NCBI GenBank assembly: GCA_934101625.1
Contig: CAKORV010000001.1
Coordinates: 2,121-66,120 of the forward strand
Source of the DNA: an uncultured Bacilli bacterium
Lineage (GTDB): Bacteria > Bacillota_I > Bacilli_A > RF39 > UBA660
Reading direction: 5' to 3'
DNA length: 64,000 nt
Shown piece after piece: positions 47,558 through 57,369 of the stretch (position 1 is its first letter; each line of letters starts with the position of its first letter). The position numbers and the translations under genes were made by a program. A model generated the notes under the pieces. It was not told the origin of the DNA, did not search any database, and worked only from the letters and a program-made list of their open reading frames with translations.

Positions 47558-49504
47558 TCAACAAGTTGTAAGAGTATTATATAAATCTAGTGTATAGGTG
47601 TAGTCTGATTTTATTATTTTGTTATTGTTTATGAATCCTAATGAATTATTATTTTTTTGCTTACTTGGTATTATAAATATTGTATTAGAAAAGTTTATAG
47701 TATCATTATTAGATAAATTTAGTATACCTGTTTTAAGTATATTTTTTATTAGTGTTTTGATATTTAAACTACATGATTCATAGTTATCTAAATATATAAT
47801 AGAAATTGGGTATGTTTTAATAATTTCAAATGTAGTATTTTTATCTTCGTAACCTATATATCCTTGAGGACTACCTAATATTTTATTTATACTTGATGGT
47901 TCTTCATATTCGTTTAAATTAATAGATAAAAAGTTAATTTTTAATATATTAGATATATCTTTTATTATGTTAATATTACTATTATATAGTTCTATTGAAG
48001 TTGGGGTTGTGGTAGTTTTGGTTAAATGATTTTCTATGTATGTTAATAAATTCTTTGTATTTATATTATTGTATTTGTTAATTATTTTATTTTTTAAATT
48101 ATCTAGGGTTTTAGTGTTTTCTAATTCATATATTATAGTGTTTGTTTTACTTTCAAGTACTTTTTTTAGAGTAGATGTTGTTACTTTGTTTTGAGTTATT
48201 CTATTATTGAATGTACTAAGTTCATTATTACATTCCTTAATTTTTTCGTTAATTATGCTTGCCATTTTAAGATTGTTTTTAGAAAGGTATTCTATTTTTT
48301 TTGATTTTAATGTGACTAATTGTTTATTTAATTTAGTTAGTTTTGAGTTATCATTTATTTTAGTACATGCACATATTTCATCTAGTATATCTATACTTTT
48401 ATCTGGATTTTTTCTGTCAGTTATATATTTATCAGATAATTTAATTGTGAGATCTAGTATGTTTTCTGGTATTTTTACATTGTGATAGTTTTCATAATTC
48501 TTTTTTATTTTATGTAGTATTATTTTAGTTTCTTCATAGTTTGGTTCTTTTATTAATACTTTTTGAAATCTTCTTTCTAATGCTTTATCTTTTTCAATTG
48601 ATGATTTGTATTCATTTAAAGTGGTGGCACCTATTACTTTGATTTTGTTTCTTGCTAGGGCGGGTTTCATTATGTTAGATGCATCTATTGCACCTTCTGC
48701 TCCTCCAGCACCCATGATAGTGTGTATTTCATCTATAAATAGTATTATGTTAGGGTTCGATTCTAATTCATTTATTATTTTAGATAGTTTTTCTTCAAAT
48801 TCTCCACGATATTTAGTGCCTGCGATTACATTAAATAGATTTAAGTTAATTATTATTTTATTTTTTAATGTATTTGGTACATCTCCTAAAGTTATTCTTC
48901 TAGCAAGTTCTTCTACAATTGCTGTTTTACCAACTCCGGCTTCTCCGATTAATATAGGATTGTTTTTGTTTTTTCTTTCTAATATTTCTATTATTCTTTC
49001 TATTTCTAGATCTCTTCCAATAACTTTGTCTAATTCATTATTTTTAGCCTTATTGTTAAGATTTATGCCTAGTTCATTAAGTATGAGTGGAGTAGTATAT
49101 TTTTGTTCTTTATTGAGGCTATTAATTATGTTATCTATGTTTATATTTATTTTATATAGAATTTTGTATCCTTTAGATTTTTTATTTTTTAGTATACTTT
49201 TAAATAGTAGTGGTAAAGTTATTTCTTCTATTATAATGTCTTCATCAATTATTATGTTTTCTAATATATTTAGTATTTCTTTACTATATAGAATAGTTTC
49301 TTTATTTGATGTGCCTTCTTTTATTTCTTTTTTTATTGTTTCATATGTTATATTGTTATTTATTAGTAAGTCACTAAGTGTATTTTTAGTGCTAGTTAGA
49401 CTTAGTAGTAAGTGTGAAGAGTCAACATATTCATCTTTGTTTTTAAGTGCTTCTAGTTCACTTCTTTTTAGTATGCTTTTTACTTCTTCATTGTATTTAA
49501 TCAT
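47558..49504 (-). CDS. ClpC-like AAA+ protein with intact NBD1 and degenerate NBD2
   Basis: Clp_N-like SSHLLLSL. NBD1 has [43 protein letters not shown]. The C-terminal half keeps GSPQGYIGYED but has no GxxGxGKT and no hhhhDE Walker B (IIYLDNYES). ATG 49504 follows GGAGGTG (track ORF starts at 49516). Confidence 0.7.
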   Translation of the reverse strand: MIKYNEEVKSILKRSELEALKNKDEYVDSSHLLLSLTSTKNTLSDLLINNNITYETIKKEIKEGTSNKETILYSKEILNILENIIIDEDIIIEEITLPLLFKSILKNKKSKGYKILYKININIDNIINSLNKEQKYTTPLILNELGINLNNKAKNNELDKVIGRDLEIERIIEILERKNKNNPILIGEAGVGKTAIVEELARRITLGDVPNTLKNKIIINLNLFNVIAGTKYRGEFEEKLSKIINELESNPNIILFIDEIHTIMGAGGAEGAIDASNIMKPALARNKIKVIGATTLNEYKSSIEKDKALERRFQKVLIKEPNYEETKIILHKIKKNYENYHNVKIPENILDLTIKLSDKYITDRKNPDKSIDILDEICACTKINDNSKLTKLNKQLVTLKSKKIEYLSKNNLKMASIINEKIKECNNELSTFNNRITQNKVTTSTLKKVLESKTNTIIYELENTKTLDNLKNKIINKYNNINTKNLLTYIENHLTKTTTTPTSIELYNSNINIIKDISNILKINFLSINLNEYEEPSSINKILGSPQGYIGYEDKNTTFEIIKTYPISIIYLDNYESCSLNIKTLIKNILKTGILNLSNNDTINFSNTIFIIPSKQKNNNSLGFINNNKIIKSDYTYTLDLYNTLTTC

Positions 49505-49594
49505 AAACACCTCCATATATTCTATGTTATATTGGTGTGTTTTATAAATTTTTATGCAAAAAAAATCACTCGGGTTAGGAGTGATTAATTATTT

Positions 49595-51022
49595 TTATAT
49601 AAATACTACAACAGCGATTATTATTAATATTATAGCTAATAGTTCTAATACTAATTTCCAGCTTGTTTTTAGCCATTCTTTATATGATATTCCTAAGTAA
49701 CTTAATCCTAGTAACATCATTGTACTAGTAGGCGCTACAAAAGAAGTTAATCCATATATTGATTGTGTAATTATTGCTAGGCTGTTTGTAGTGTCTGCAT
49801 ATACACTACTTAATAGTGGTAATGTAGATTGAACTACATAAAGCATTTCTACATTGAATACAGTACTTAGAATAGTATCTATAGATATCATAAAGATATA
49901 AACTATTTGTCCAAATACACCACTTGTTTTAGATACAAGTGTTACTATCCAATCAGTAACTGTTACTATATAAGGATGGTAAGCTGATACTAATACCATT
50001 ACATAAGCAAATATTACTAATGCTGCTGGTTTTAACATACTTACAACACCTTTACCAAATGCTTTTAATCCACCATCTACTTTTAAATCATATACAAATG
50101 TTAATATGATTGATGCAATAAGTATCATAGCAGTAAATTCTGCATAATACCATTTACCTAAGTTAGTTAAACCATCAAATAGGTAACCTAATATTGCATG
50201 ATCTCCAATAGTGAATTCTACAGTTAATTTAGTATGTAAATCAACAAAGAATGAAGAGTCAAATACTGATTTCCAATCTGTGTAACCAAGAATTACTAAT
50301 ACTAGTAATAATCCCATTACTAAGAACATTGGCCAGCTTGCTTTTTTACTTTGTTTCTTTTCACCCATTAATGCAGTTAGTTCTTCTTCACTAATTTCAG
50401 ATTTATTTTTATTTTTAGTTGCATATTTTACTAGGAATGCTGTATAAATTACAAATGATAATACAAATAATGCAATTTTAGAAACTATTTCAGTTTGGAA
50501 AGTTGTTCCTGCGATTTGATTAATATATCCAGTAATATATACTCCATAAGTACTTCCTATTACACCAATTAAAGGTGAAATGAAAGTAGTTAGGAATGCA
50601 GTCATTTTGTTATATCCCATTAGTAAAATTATTCCTACTAATGCTGGTATAAATATGAATAACATTAAGTTTAGTCCAAATACACTACTTAATGCAGCTA
50701 GTATAAATGATATTAAAACTAAAAATACTATTTCTTTACCTTTCATAGATTTTGCAATTTTTTCTAATTTGTTTCTATATTTACCAGTTTCTGATAATAC
50801 ACCATATAAGCCACCAACTGCTAACATGAATAGAAGTGGTTGCAAGAAGAATTGTATTGCTAGGTAAGGGTATTCAACAATGTTGTAAAGTGAAACTCTT
50901 TTTAGTCCTAAACTTGTTACAGTTCCGCCACTTATGCTTGATGCTGGGATTATCCAACTTAGAACATAGAACACTAAAGCCATTATTGCAATAATTTTGA
51001 ACATTGTGTTCTTCTTTTTCAT
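49595..51022 (-). CDS. YfcC/DcuC-like polytopic transporter
   Basis: About 475 aa, more than 10 TM spans. ATG 51022 follows AGGAGG (the track ORF extension to 51127 lacks an RBS). Confidence 0.5.
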   Translation of the reverse strand: MKKKNTMFKIIAIMALVFYVLSWIIPASSISGGTVTSLGLKRVSLYNIVEYPYLAIQFFLQPLLFMLAVGGLYGVLSETGKYRNKLEKIAKSMKGKEIVFLVLISFILAALSSVFGLNLMLFIFIPALVGIILLMGYNKMTAFLTTFISPLIGVIGSTYGVYITGYINQIAGTTFQTEIVSKIALFVLSFVIYTAFLVKYATKNKNKSEISEEELTALMGEKKQSKKASWPMFLVMGLLLVLVILGYTDWKSVFDSSFFVDLHTKLTVEFTIGDHAILGYLFDGLTNLGKWYYAEFTAMILIASIILTFVYDLKVDGGLKAFGKGVVSMLKPAALVIFAYVMVLVSAYHPYIVTVTDWIVTLVSKTSGVFGQIVYIFMISIDTILSTVFNVEMLYVVQSTLPLLSSVYADTTNSLAIITQSIYGLTSFVAPTSTMMLLGLSYLGISYKEWLKTSWKLVLELLAIILIIIAVVVFI

Positions 51023-51151
51023 TTTTCTACCTCCTAGACTAATTATACAATAATTATGTAAAGTTTTACAAGAATTTATGTAATTTTCACAAAAATACCA
51101 TATAAAATAGTATAATGTTTGGAACAATTTAAAAAAATTAGAGGAAAAACT

Positions 51152-52621
51152 CTAATTTTCTGGTTTCATCATTGGGAATAATACTACATCTCTTACAGAT
51201 TCTTGGTTATAGATAAGCATCATTAGTCTATCTATTCCAAAGCCTAGCCCTGAGATAGGTGGCATTCCTTGTTCCATAGAACCTAGGAATCCTTCATCTA
51301 ATTCCATAGTTTCATCGTCACCTTGTTGTTTAGCTTTCATTTGACTTTCAAATGCTTCTCTTTGATCAAATGGATTAACTAATTCTGAATATGCTTTACA
51401 AAGTTCAGTACCTGCGGCAACTACTTGGAACATATCTGATGCTTTTGGATTAATGTCGTTTCTTCTTGTAAGTGGCATCATGATAGAAGGATAGTTATAT
51501 ATAATAGTAGGTTCCATTATATTTTCTCTAATTTTTCTTTTGTATACATAGTCTATTATTTGACTTACTGATTTGTAATCATTTAAATCTTGTAAAGTAA
51601 ATAAACCTTTTTCATTTATTTTTTCTTTTAATACCAATGGATCTTCTATGTCTAAGAATTCAAATCCTAATATTTTATTCATTTCTTCAATATAATTAAT
51701 TCTTGGCCATTTATCTTTTCCAAAATCTAATGTGTTTCCTTGATATTCAATTGTTGTTGTACCTACTAATTCTAGTAACATATTCTTTATAAAGTTTTTG
51801 TAGAATACAATTGTATCTTCAAAATTCCAATATGCAACATACCATTCAACTTGTGTGAATTCTTGTAAGTGTTGTGGATCCATACCTTCATTTCTGAAGC
51901 ATTTAGCTACTTCGTATACACGATCAAATCCACCTGATATACATTGTTTTAAATAAGTTTCTGGAGCGATTCTTAAATTACAATCTATATCTAATGCATT
52001 GTGATGAGTATAGAAAGGTTTTGCACTAGCGCCACATACTGCAGTTTGAATTATAGGTGTTTCAACTTCTAGGAATCCATTTTCATTTAGGTATTTATGT
52101 ATGAATGCATACATTTTACTTCTACCTAGAAATACTTTTCTACTTTCTTCATTTGTTATTAAGTCAACATATCTTTGTCTATATTTTAATTCTGTGTCTT
52201 GTAATCCATGGAATTTTTCTGGTAATGGTTTAAGCGCTTTACCTAAGAAAGTAAAGTTATGAACTTTTAGGGTTTTTTCTCCAGTTTGAGTTGTGAATAT
52301 TTCTCCTTCAGCACCTATAAAGTCTCCTGTATCAATTAATTTTTTCATGAAGTCATATTTTTCTTCACCTAAAGTGTCTACTTTGAATTCAAGTTGCATA
52401 CTTTCTTCAATATCTCTTATTTTAATGAAACTTAGTTTACCCATTTTTCTCATGAATACTATTCTTCCTGCGATTTTAACGTCTTGTGTTCCATCATTTA
52501 AAGTTTTAGCTTCTTTTAATGTGTGTGTTCTTTCATATTTTTCTGGATAAGGATTACAATATTCTTTAATATTATCTAGTTTTCCTCTCCTTACAATTTC
52601 TTGTTCTGTTAAATTTTCCAT
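51152..52621 (-). CDS. lysS: lysine--tRNA ligase (class II)
   Basis: OB-fold N-domain. Class II motifs FRNEGMD, ...GLGFGIDRLMML. Confidence 0.92.
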   Translation of the reverse strand: MENLTEQEIVRRGKLDNIKEYCNPYPEKYERTHTLKEAKTLNDGTQDVKIAGRIVFMRKMGKLSFIKIRDIEESMQLEFKVDTLGEEKYDFMKKLIDTGDFIGAEGEIFTTQTGEKTLKVHNFTFLGKALKPLPEKFHGLQDTELKYRQRYVDLITNEESRKVFLGRSKMYAFIHKYLNENGFLEVETPIIQTAVCGASAKPFYTHHNALDIDCNLRIAPETYLKQCISGGFDRVYEVAKCFRNEGMDPQHLQEFTQVEWYVAYWNFEDTIVFYKNFIKNMLLELVGTTTIEYQGNTLDFGKDKWPRINYIEEMNKILGFEFLDIEDPLVLKEKINEKGLFTLQDLNDYKSVSQIIDYVYKRKIRENIMEPTIIYNYPSIMMPLTRRNDINPKASDMFQVVAAGTELCKAYSELVNPFDQREAFESQMKAKQQGDDETMELDEGFLGSMEQGMPPISGLGFGIDRLMMLIYNQESVRDVVLFPMMKPEN

Positions 52622-52880
52622 TATTTTATTCCTCCTTCTTAATAAAAAAAGTTAATGACAAAAGGGCAAACTTTGCGTTCACTGTACCACCTTTCTTATC
52701 ATTAACTGACTCTTTCATTATAACGGTATTTAACCGGGCATAAGCCTCTCAAAGGTTTTATTCATATTATTCTTATATTAGTTTACACCAACCACTAATT
52801 CTCTATGATAAGGATTAATATTACTCGTCCTTCTCTTTGATTTCTATGGGTATTTTACTATATTAAAGTTGTTTTGTCAA
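52622..52880 (-). promoter_or_regulatory. T-box leader (Lys, AAA specifier) with promoter and terminator/antiterminator
   Basis: Minus strand: TTGACA(52880-52875)-17-TAAAAT. Stem I AGAGA...GAGTA, distal AGAGAATTAGTGGTTGGTG, specifier loop GAAUAAAAC closed by CAAAG/CUUUG. T-box AAAGGTGGTACAGTGAACG (52694-52676). Terminator GTTAATGATAAG...CTTTTGTCATTAAC plus T7. Confidence 0.8.
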
Positions 52881-53073
52881 TTGGGAGTGTGTTATAAAAC
52901 TAAATAGTTAAATGTATTATTGATTCCTAAATTAAGTATTACTTTTTTTGGAGAAAATGTGCCTGGTAATAGTATAATTGTTAAGATTATTACGGAAAAA
53001 GGACGAAAACGTCAAAAATCCGGAATGATGATTTTAATATTTTAATCTAAGTATTTCTAATCTTTTCTAGAAA

Positions 53074-54051
53074 TTATTTTACTAGTACATTTAATTCTTT
53101 TATGATATTCATAAATTCTTCTTCAGTTTTAGCTTGACATATTTTAGCTTTTATTTCTTTTGTACCTGGTATACCTTTTAAATACCATAGTGCATGGGTT
53201 CTTATTTCTAATAATGCATGTGTAGTGTTTGAATATTTTTTTAATAAATTGTAGTGTGTTTTTATCATTTCTATTTTTTCTGTGTTAGTTGGTTTTTGAA
53301 GTAGTTCATTAGTATCTAGATAGTGAACTATTTCTTTTATTATCCAAGGGTTTCCTAGGGTAGCACGTCCTACCATAATAGCATCACATCCAGTTTCGTC
53401 TAGCATTTGTTTTGCAAGTTCTGGAGTTGTTATATCTCCGTTACCTATTACTGGTATTTTAACAGATTGTTTAACTTCTTTAATTATATTCCAATTAGCA
53501 CTACCTGAATATCCTTGACTTCTAGTTCTAGCATGAATTGCAATGGCTGATGCACCAGCACTTTCTATTTTTTTTGCAACTTCTACAGCATTTATATGTT
53601 TATCATCCCATCCACTTCTGATTTTTACTGTTATTGGTGTGTTTGTATTATCAACAACAGCCTTTACTATTTCATATATTTTGTTAGGATCTTTTAGTAA
53701 TGCACTTCCTGCTTGACTTTTAATAGCAACTTTAGGTACAGGACAACCCATGTTAATATCTATTATATCTGGATGAAAGTTTTCTTCTATGTATTTTGCA
53801 GCTTCTACAAATGATTTTAAGTCACTTCCAAATATTTGAATACTTATTGGTCTTTCATTTTCATTAAAGTTAATTAAATCTATTGTTTTTTTTCCATTAT
53901 AAACTATACCCATTGTAGAAATCATTTCTGAATATATAAGACCGGCTCCCATTTCTTTTATTATTTGTCTATAACTTATATTAGAAACACCAGCCATAGG
54001 TGCAAAAACTACTTGATTTTTAATTTCTACATTACCAATTTTCCATTTCAT
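53074..54051 (-). CDS. dusB: tRNA-dihydrouridine synthase
   Basis: FAPMAGVSN, IDINMGCP, ITVKIRSGWD, HARTRSQ. Confidence 0.9.
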   Translation of the reverse strand: MKWKIGNVEIKNQVVFAPMAGVSNISYRQIIKEMGAGLIYSEMISTMGIVYNGKKTIDLINFNENERPISIQIFGSDLKSFVEAAKYIEENFHPDIIDINMGCPVPKVAIKSQAGSALLKDPNKIYEIVKAVVDNTNTPITVKIRSGWDDKHINAVEVAKKIESAGASAIAIHARTRSQGYSGSANWNIIKEVKQSVKIPVIGNGDITTPELAKQMLDETGCDAIMVGRATLGNPWIIKEIVHYLDTNELLQKPTNTEKIEMIKTHYNLLKKYSNTTHALLEIRTHALWYLKGIPGTKEIKAKICQAKTEEEFMNIIKELNVLVK

Positions 54052-54121
54052 TTTAAATCACCGTGTGTTAATTATATAATAAAGTTATATTTTAAACAAG
54101 AAAAAAACGAACTAAGTTCGT

Positions 54122-55234
54122 TTATCCTTCTATTTTTTTAAGTGTTAAAGTACAATTTAGATTTGCATTAATATTACTTATCATAACTATATTATTTGTT
54201 CCAATTATTTCTGGTATATAGTTTGCATTATCACATTTTGCTTCAGCTCCAGTATAACCATATCCTTCTTGTGGACTAATTCCAAATGATACTCTTCCGT
54301 TTGGTGTAGTTGTTTGTGGATTTTCTGATTGACTTAATAAAGTTCCATTTACAACTGTTAGATTAACACTATATTTTATTGATTTAAATTGAATTGTACA
54401 AACTGTATTGTTTGTTATTGCTGCTACTGTTAATACATTATTTGCATAAGTTGCTTTTTGATCATTAGTACAAGATACTATTGCATCTCCGTAATTTTCT
54501 GCAGGTGTTACATCAAATGTTACTGTTCCACCATAGTTTGCACTTTTAACTGATTCACTAACTGAACCATAAGTTGCTTTTACTTCAATACTATAGTCAT
54601 TAATTTTAAATGATATAGTGCATGTTGTATTTTTTGTTACATTTTTAACTGTTAATAAATTGTTTTCTTGATTAAATTCAGCAGTAGCATTATTGTCACA
54701 TTCTACTTTATCAAATTTATAACCTGCTGTTGGAGTTATTGTTATTGTACTATCTTCACCTAATTTGTTTTTTACAATTCCTTCTGGATTATCTATTGGT
54801 AATGTTCCATTAGTGACAGTAAATTTAACATCATGAATTAAATTTGTGAAATAAAGTCTACAAGTAGTATTTGCTGTTAAATCGGGAGTGAATTCCCAGT
54901 TTTCATCATTCCATTCACCTTTAACATTGTTTGTACAAGTATATTTTTCAAATTTAATTGTTGCGTCTTGTTTAGTTCCAGGCACACAAGTTGGATTTGT
55001 TACTAAGTCACATTCTATTATTTTTTCTTTACTTTCATCTATTTTATCTTTGTTAACTTCTTCACTATCTATGTAATATCTATAGGTAACTTCATAATTT
55101 TCAGGTTTTGTGTCATCTTTTGGTTTTTCAGTATTTTGATTCATATTTGCAAGAAGTCCAACTATACCTCCCGAAAGTGACAATATTATCATTATTATTA
55201 TAATTACTAAAACTCCATTTGATCTTTTTTTCAT
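54122..55234 (-). CDS. membrane-anchored surface protein with four ~70-aa Cys-bracketed beta-repeat modules
   Basis: N-terminal TM. Modules end in NTTCRLYF / NTTCTISFK / NTVCTIQFK / NLNCTLTLK and have internal (T/S)P..GY(K/G) motifs reminiscent of Listeria-Bacteroides/InlB-B type repeats. Confidence 0.45.
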   Translation of the reverse strand: MKKRSNGVLVIIIIMIILSLSGGIVGLLANMNQNTEKPKDDTKPENYEVTYRYYIDSEEVNKDKIDESKEKIIECDLVTNPTCVPGTKQDATIKFEKYTCTNNVKGEWNDENWEFTPDLTANTTCRLYFTNLIHDVKFTVTNGTLPIDNPEGIVKNKLGEDSTITITPTAGYKFDKVECDNNATAEFNQENNLLTVKNVTKNTTCTISFKINDYSIEVKATYGSVSESVKSANYGGTVTFDVTPAENYGDAIVSCTNDQKATYANNVLTVAAITNNTVCTIQFKSIKYSVNLTVVNGTLLSQSENPQTTTPNGRVSFGISPQEGYGYTGAEAKCDNANYIPEIIGTNNIVMISNINANLNCTLTLKKIEG

Positions 55235-55357
55235 TTATTATTCCTCCATTTTTTTATTCTTTTATCTATTTTTAATTTTATAATGATACTTTTAGTTTGT
55301 CAATATTAAAATTTTACGTTTTTCTTAGTAAATTTATGTTTTTTTATTCTTTTTTAT

Positions 55358-55386
55358 TTGACTTTTGGAGCTAGTTTATGTATAAT
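55358..55386 (+). promoter_or_regulatory. rplM-rpsI promoter
   Basis: TTGACT-17-TATAAT, followed by a ~75-nt leader. Confidence 0.6.
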
Positions 55387-55464
55387 GATACTCGGTACAT
55401 TTTTTAAGTTCTTGTGTTATTGATGTGGGAAGTCATATAATATAAGGATAAAGAAGGAGATATT

Positions 55465-55893
55465 ATGAAAACATTTATGTTAAGAAAAGAAGATGTTTCT
55501 ACTAAATGGTATCTTATAGATGCTGAAGGAGAAAATCTTGGTAGAGTTGCTACTAAAGCAGCACATATTTTAAGAGGTAAACATAAGGTTACTTATACAC
55601 CTCACATTAACTGCGGAGATGCAGTGGTTATTATTAATGCTGGTAAAGTTAATCTTACTGGTGATAAACTTGATAAGAAAGTTTATTACAACCATAGTGG
55701 TTTTCCAGGTGGTTTAAGAGAAAGAACTGCTAGAACAATGAAGAAAGATTATCCAGTTGAAATGGTTGAAAGAGCTGTTAAAGGAATGCTTCCTAAGAAT
55801 ACTTTAGGTAGAGATATGTTTAGAAACTTATATGTTTATGAAGGTTCTGAATATAAGCAAGTTGCTCAAAAACCAGAAAAGATAGAATTATAG
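55465..55893 (+). CDS. rplM: 50S ribosomal protein L13
   Basis: [28 protein letters not shown]. Confidence 0.95.
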   Translation: MKTFMLRKEDVSTKWYLIDAEGENLGRVATKAAHILRGKHKVTYTPHINCGDAVVIINAGKVNLTGDKLDKKVYYNHSGFPGGLRERTARTMKKDYPVEMVERAVKGMLPKNTLGRDMFRNLYVYEGSEYKQVAQKPEKIEL

Positions 55894-55903
55894 GAGGAAG
55901 ACT

Positions 55904-56305
55904 ATGGCAAAGAAAGAAACAGTTTATACAGCTACTGGTAGAAGAAAAAGAGCGGTAGCACAAGTTACATTAAAAGCTGGTAATGGTAAGATTACTGTTA
56001 ATGGTGTTGATGTTAATGATTATTTACCTAATAAAATGTTAGTTATGGATTTAAAACAACCTTTAGAATTAACTGGTACAACTGATTCATATGATGTTGA
56101 TGTAGTAGTTAGAGGTGGAGGTTTTACTGGCCAAACTGGCGCTATTAGATTAGGTATTGCTAGAGCTTTAATGGAAGCAGATAGAGAAGGTTATAGACCA
56201 ACATTAAAAGGTGCTGGTATGGTAACTAGAGATGCTAGAATTAAAGAACGTAAGAAATATGGTCTTAAGAAAGCAAGACGTGCTCCACAATTTAGTAAGA
56301 GATAA
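55904..56305 (+). CDS. rpsI: 30S ribosomal protein S9
   Basis: ...[19 protein letters not shown]...[24 protein letters not shown]. Confidence 0.95.
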   Translation: MAKKETVYTATGRRKRAVAQVTLKAGNGKITVNGVDVNDYLPNKMLVMDLKQPLELTGTTDSYDVDVVVRGGGFTGQTGAIRLGIARALMEADREGYRPTLKGAGMVTRDARIKERKKYGLKKARRAPQFSKR

Positions 56306-56425
56306 TATTTTAAAACTTCAAGAAATTTCTTGGAGTTTTTTTTTATATTAAAGTTAAAATATATGTGAAAATTGTAGTTAATATTAATAGATTGTGGTAA
56401 AATTTAATGTAGGTGACGAGGATTA

Positions 56426-57358
56426 ATGAATAATAAGGTGTTTAAAAATTTAGATGAACAAATTGAAATATTAAAAGATAAAGGATTAATTATAAATGAT
56501 ATTGAGAATACTAAAGAAGTGTTATTAAGAGAGAATTACTTTTTTATAATGGGATATAGACATTTATTTTTAAGACATGATAGTTCTAGAAAGTTTATAG
56601 ATGGTACTACTTTTGATGAATTATATAGTTTATTTGTGTTTGATAGAATGTTTAGAAATATTATATTTAAAAATATTCTTATTGTAGAAAATAACTATAA
56701 ATCAATATTTAGTTATACTTTGAGTAGAAACTATGGTTATAAAGAAAGAGATTATTTGAATGTTAAAAACTTTGATAATGATAAAAGTAGAAGTAGACAG
56801 ATAAATGATCTTATTAGAAAGGTTAAAAGACAATTTAGTGTTAATGGAAGACAACATGGTGCGACAAGTCACTATATTGATAATTATGGATATATACCTC
56901 TTTGGATAGGTGTTAAAGTTATAAGTTTTGGTTTGATGAGTGAGATGTTTAGTATTTTAAAACCTATGGATAAATCATCAATAGCAAGTGTTTATAAAAT
57001 TGAACCTGATGAAATGGAGATGTATTTACCAATACTTGCTAATTATAGAAATTTATGTGCACATGAAGATATTGTTTTTAATCATTTTACACAAAGAATT
57101 ATTCCGGATACTAAATATCATAGTATGTTACAGATTGATAAGACTAATAATGAGTATATTTATGGAAAAAATGATATATTTGCTTTGATTATTATATTAA
57201 AAAGATTATTAACTAAAGTTGATTTTAAAATGATGATGAATGAAATTAATTATGAATTTGATAGATTATGTGGAAAGTTACATGTTATTAAGATAGATGA
57301 TGTGATTAATGCTATGGGATTTCCACCAAATTATAAAGACATAATGTATATGGAATAG
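56426..57358 (+). CDS. Abi_2 (AbiD/AbiF-like) abortive infection family protein
   Basis: FKNLDEQIEILKDKGLIINDIENTKEVLLRENYFFIMGYRHLF...YRNLCAHED matches the family's N-terminal and CAH motifs. Confidence 0.7.
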   Translation: MNNKVFKNLDEQIEILKDKGLIINDIENTKEVLLRENYFFIMGYRHLFLRHDSSRKFIDGTTFDELYSLFVFDRMFRNIIFKNILIVENNYKSIFSYTLSRNYGYKERDYLNVKNFDNDKSRSRQINDLIRKVKRQFSVNGRQHGATSHYIDNYGYIPLWIGVKVISFGLMSEMFSILKPMDKSSIASVYKIEPDEMEMYLPILANYRNLCAHEDIVFNHFTQRIIPDTKYHSMLQIDKTNNEYIYGKNDIFALIIILKRLLTKVDFKMMMNEINYEFDRLCGKLHVIKIDDVINAMGFPPNYKDIMYME

Positions 57359-57369
57359 GAGTGGTTTTT

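Noticed and set aside
48606-49547. 313-aa + strand ORF (and 48207-48485 +)
   Set aside because: These are antisense shadows of the ClpC-like gene. The sequence is low-complexity and Ser/Leu/Ile-rich, with no RBS. The minus strand carries unmistakable AAA+ motifs.
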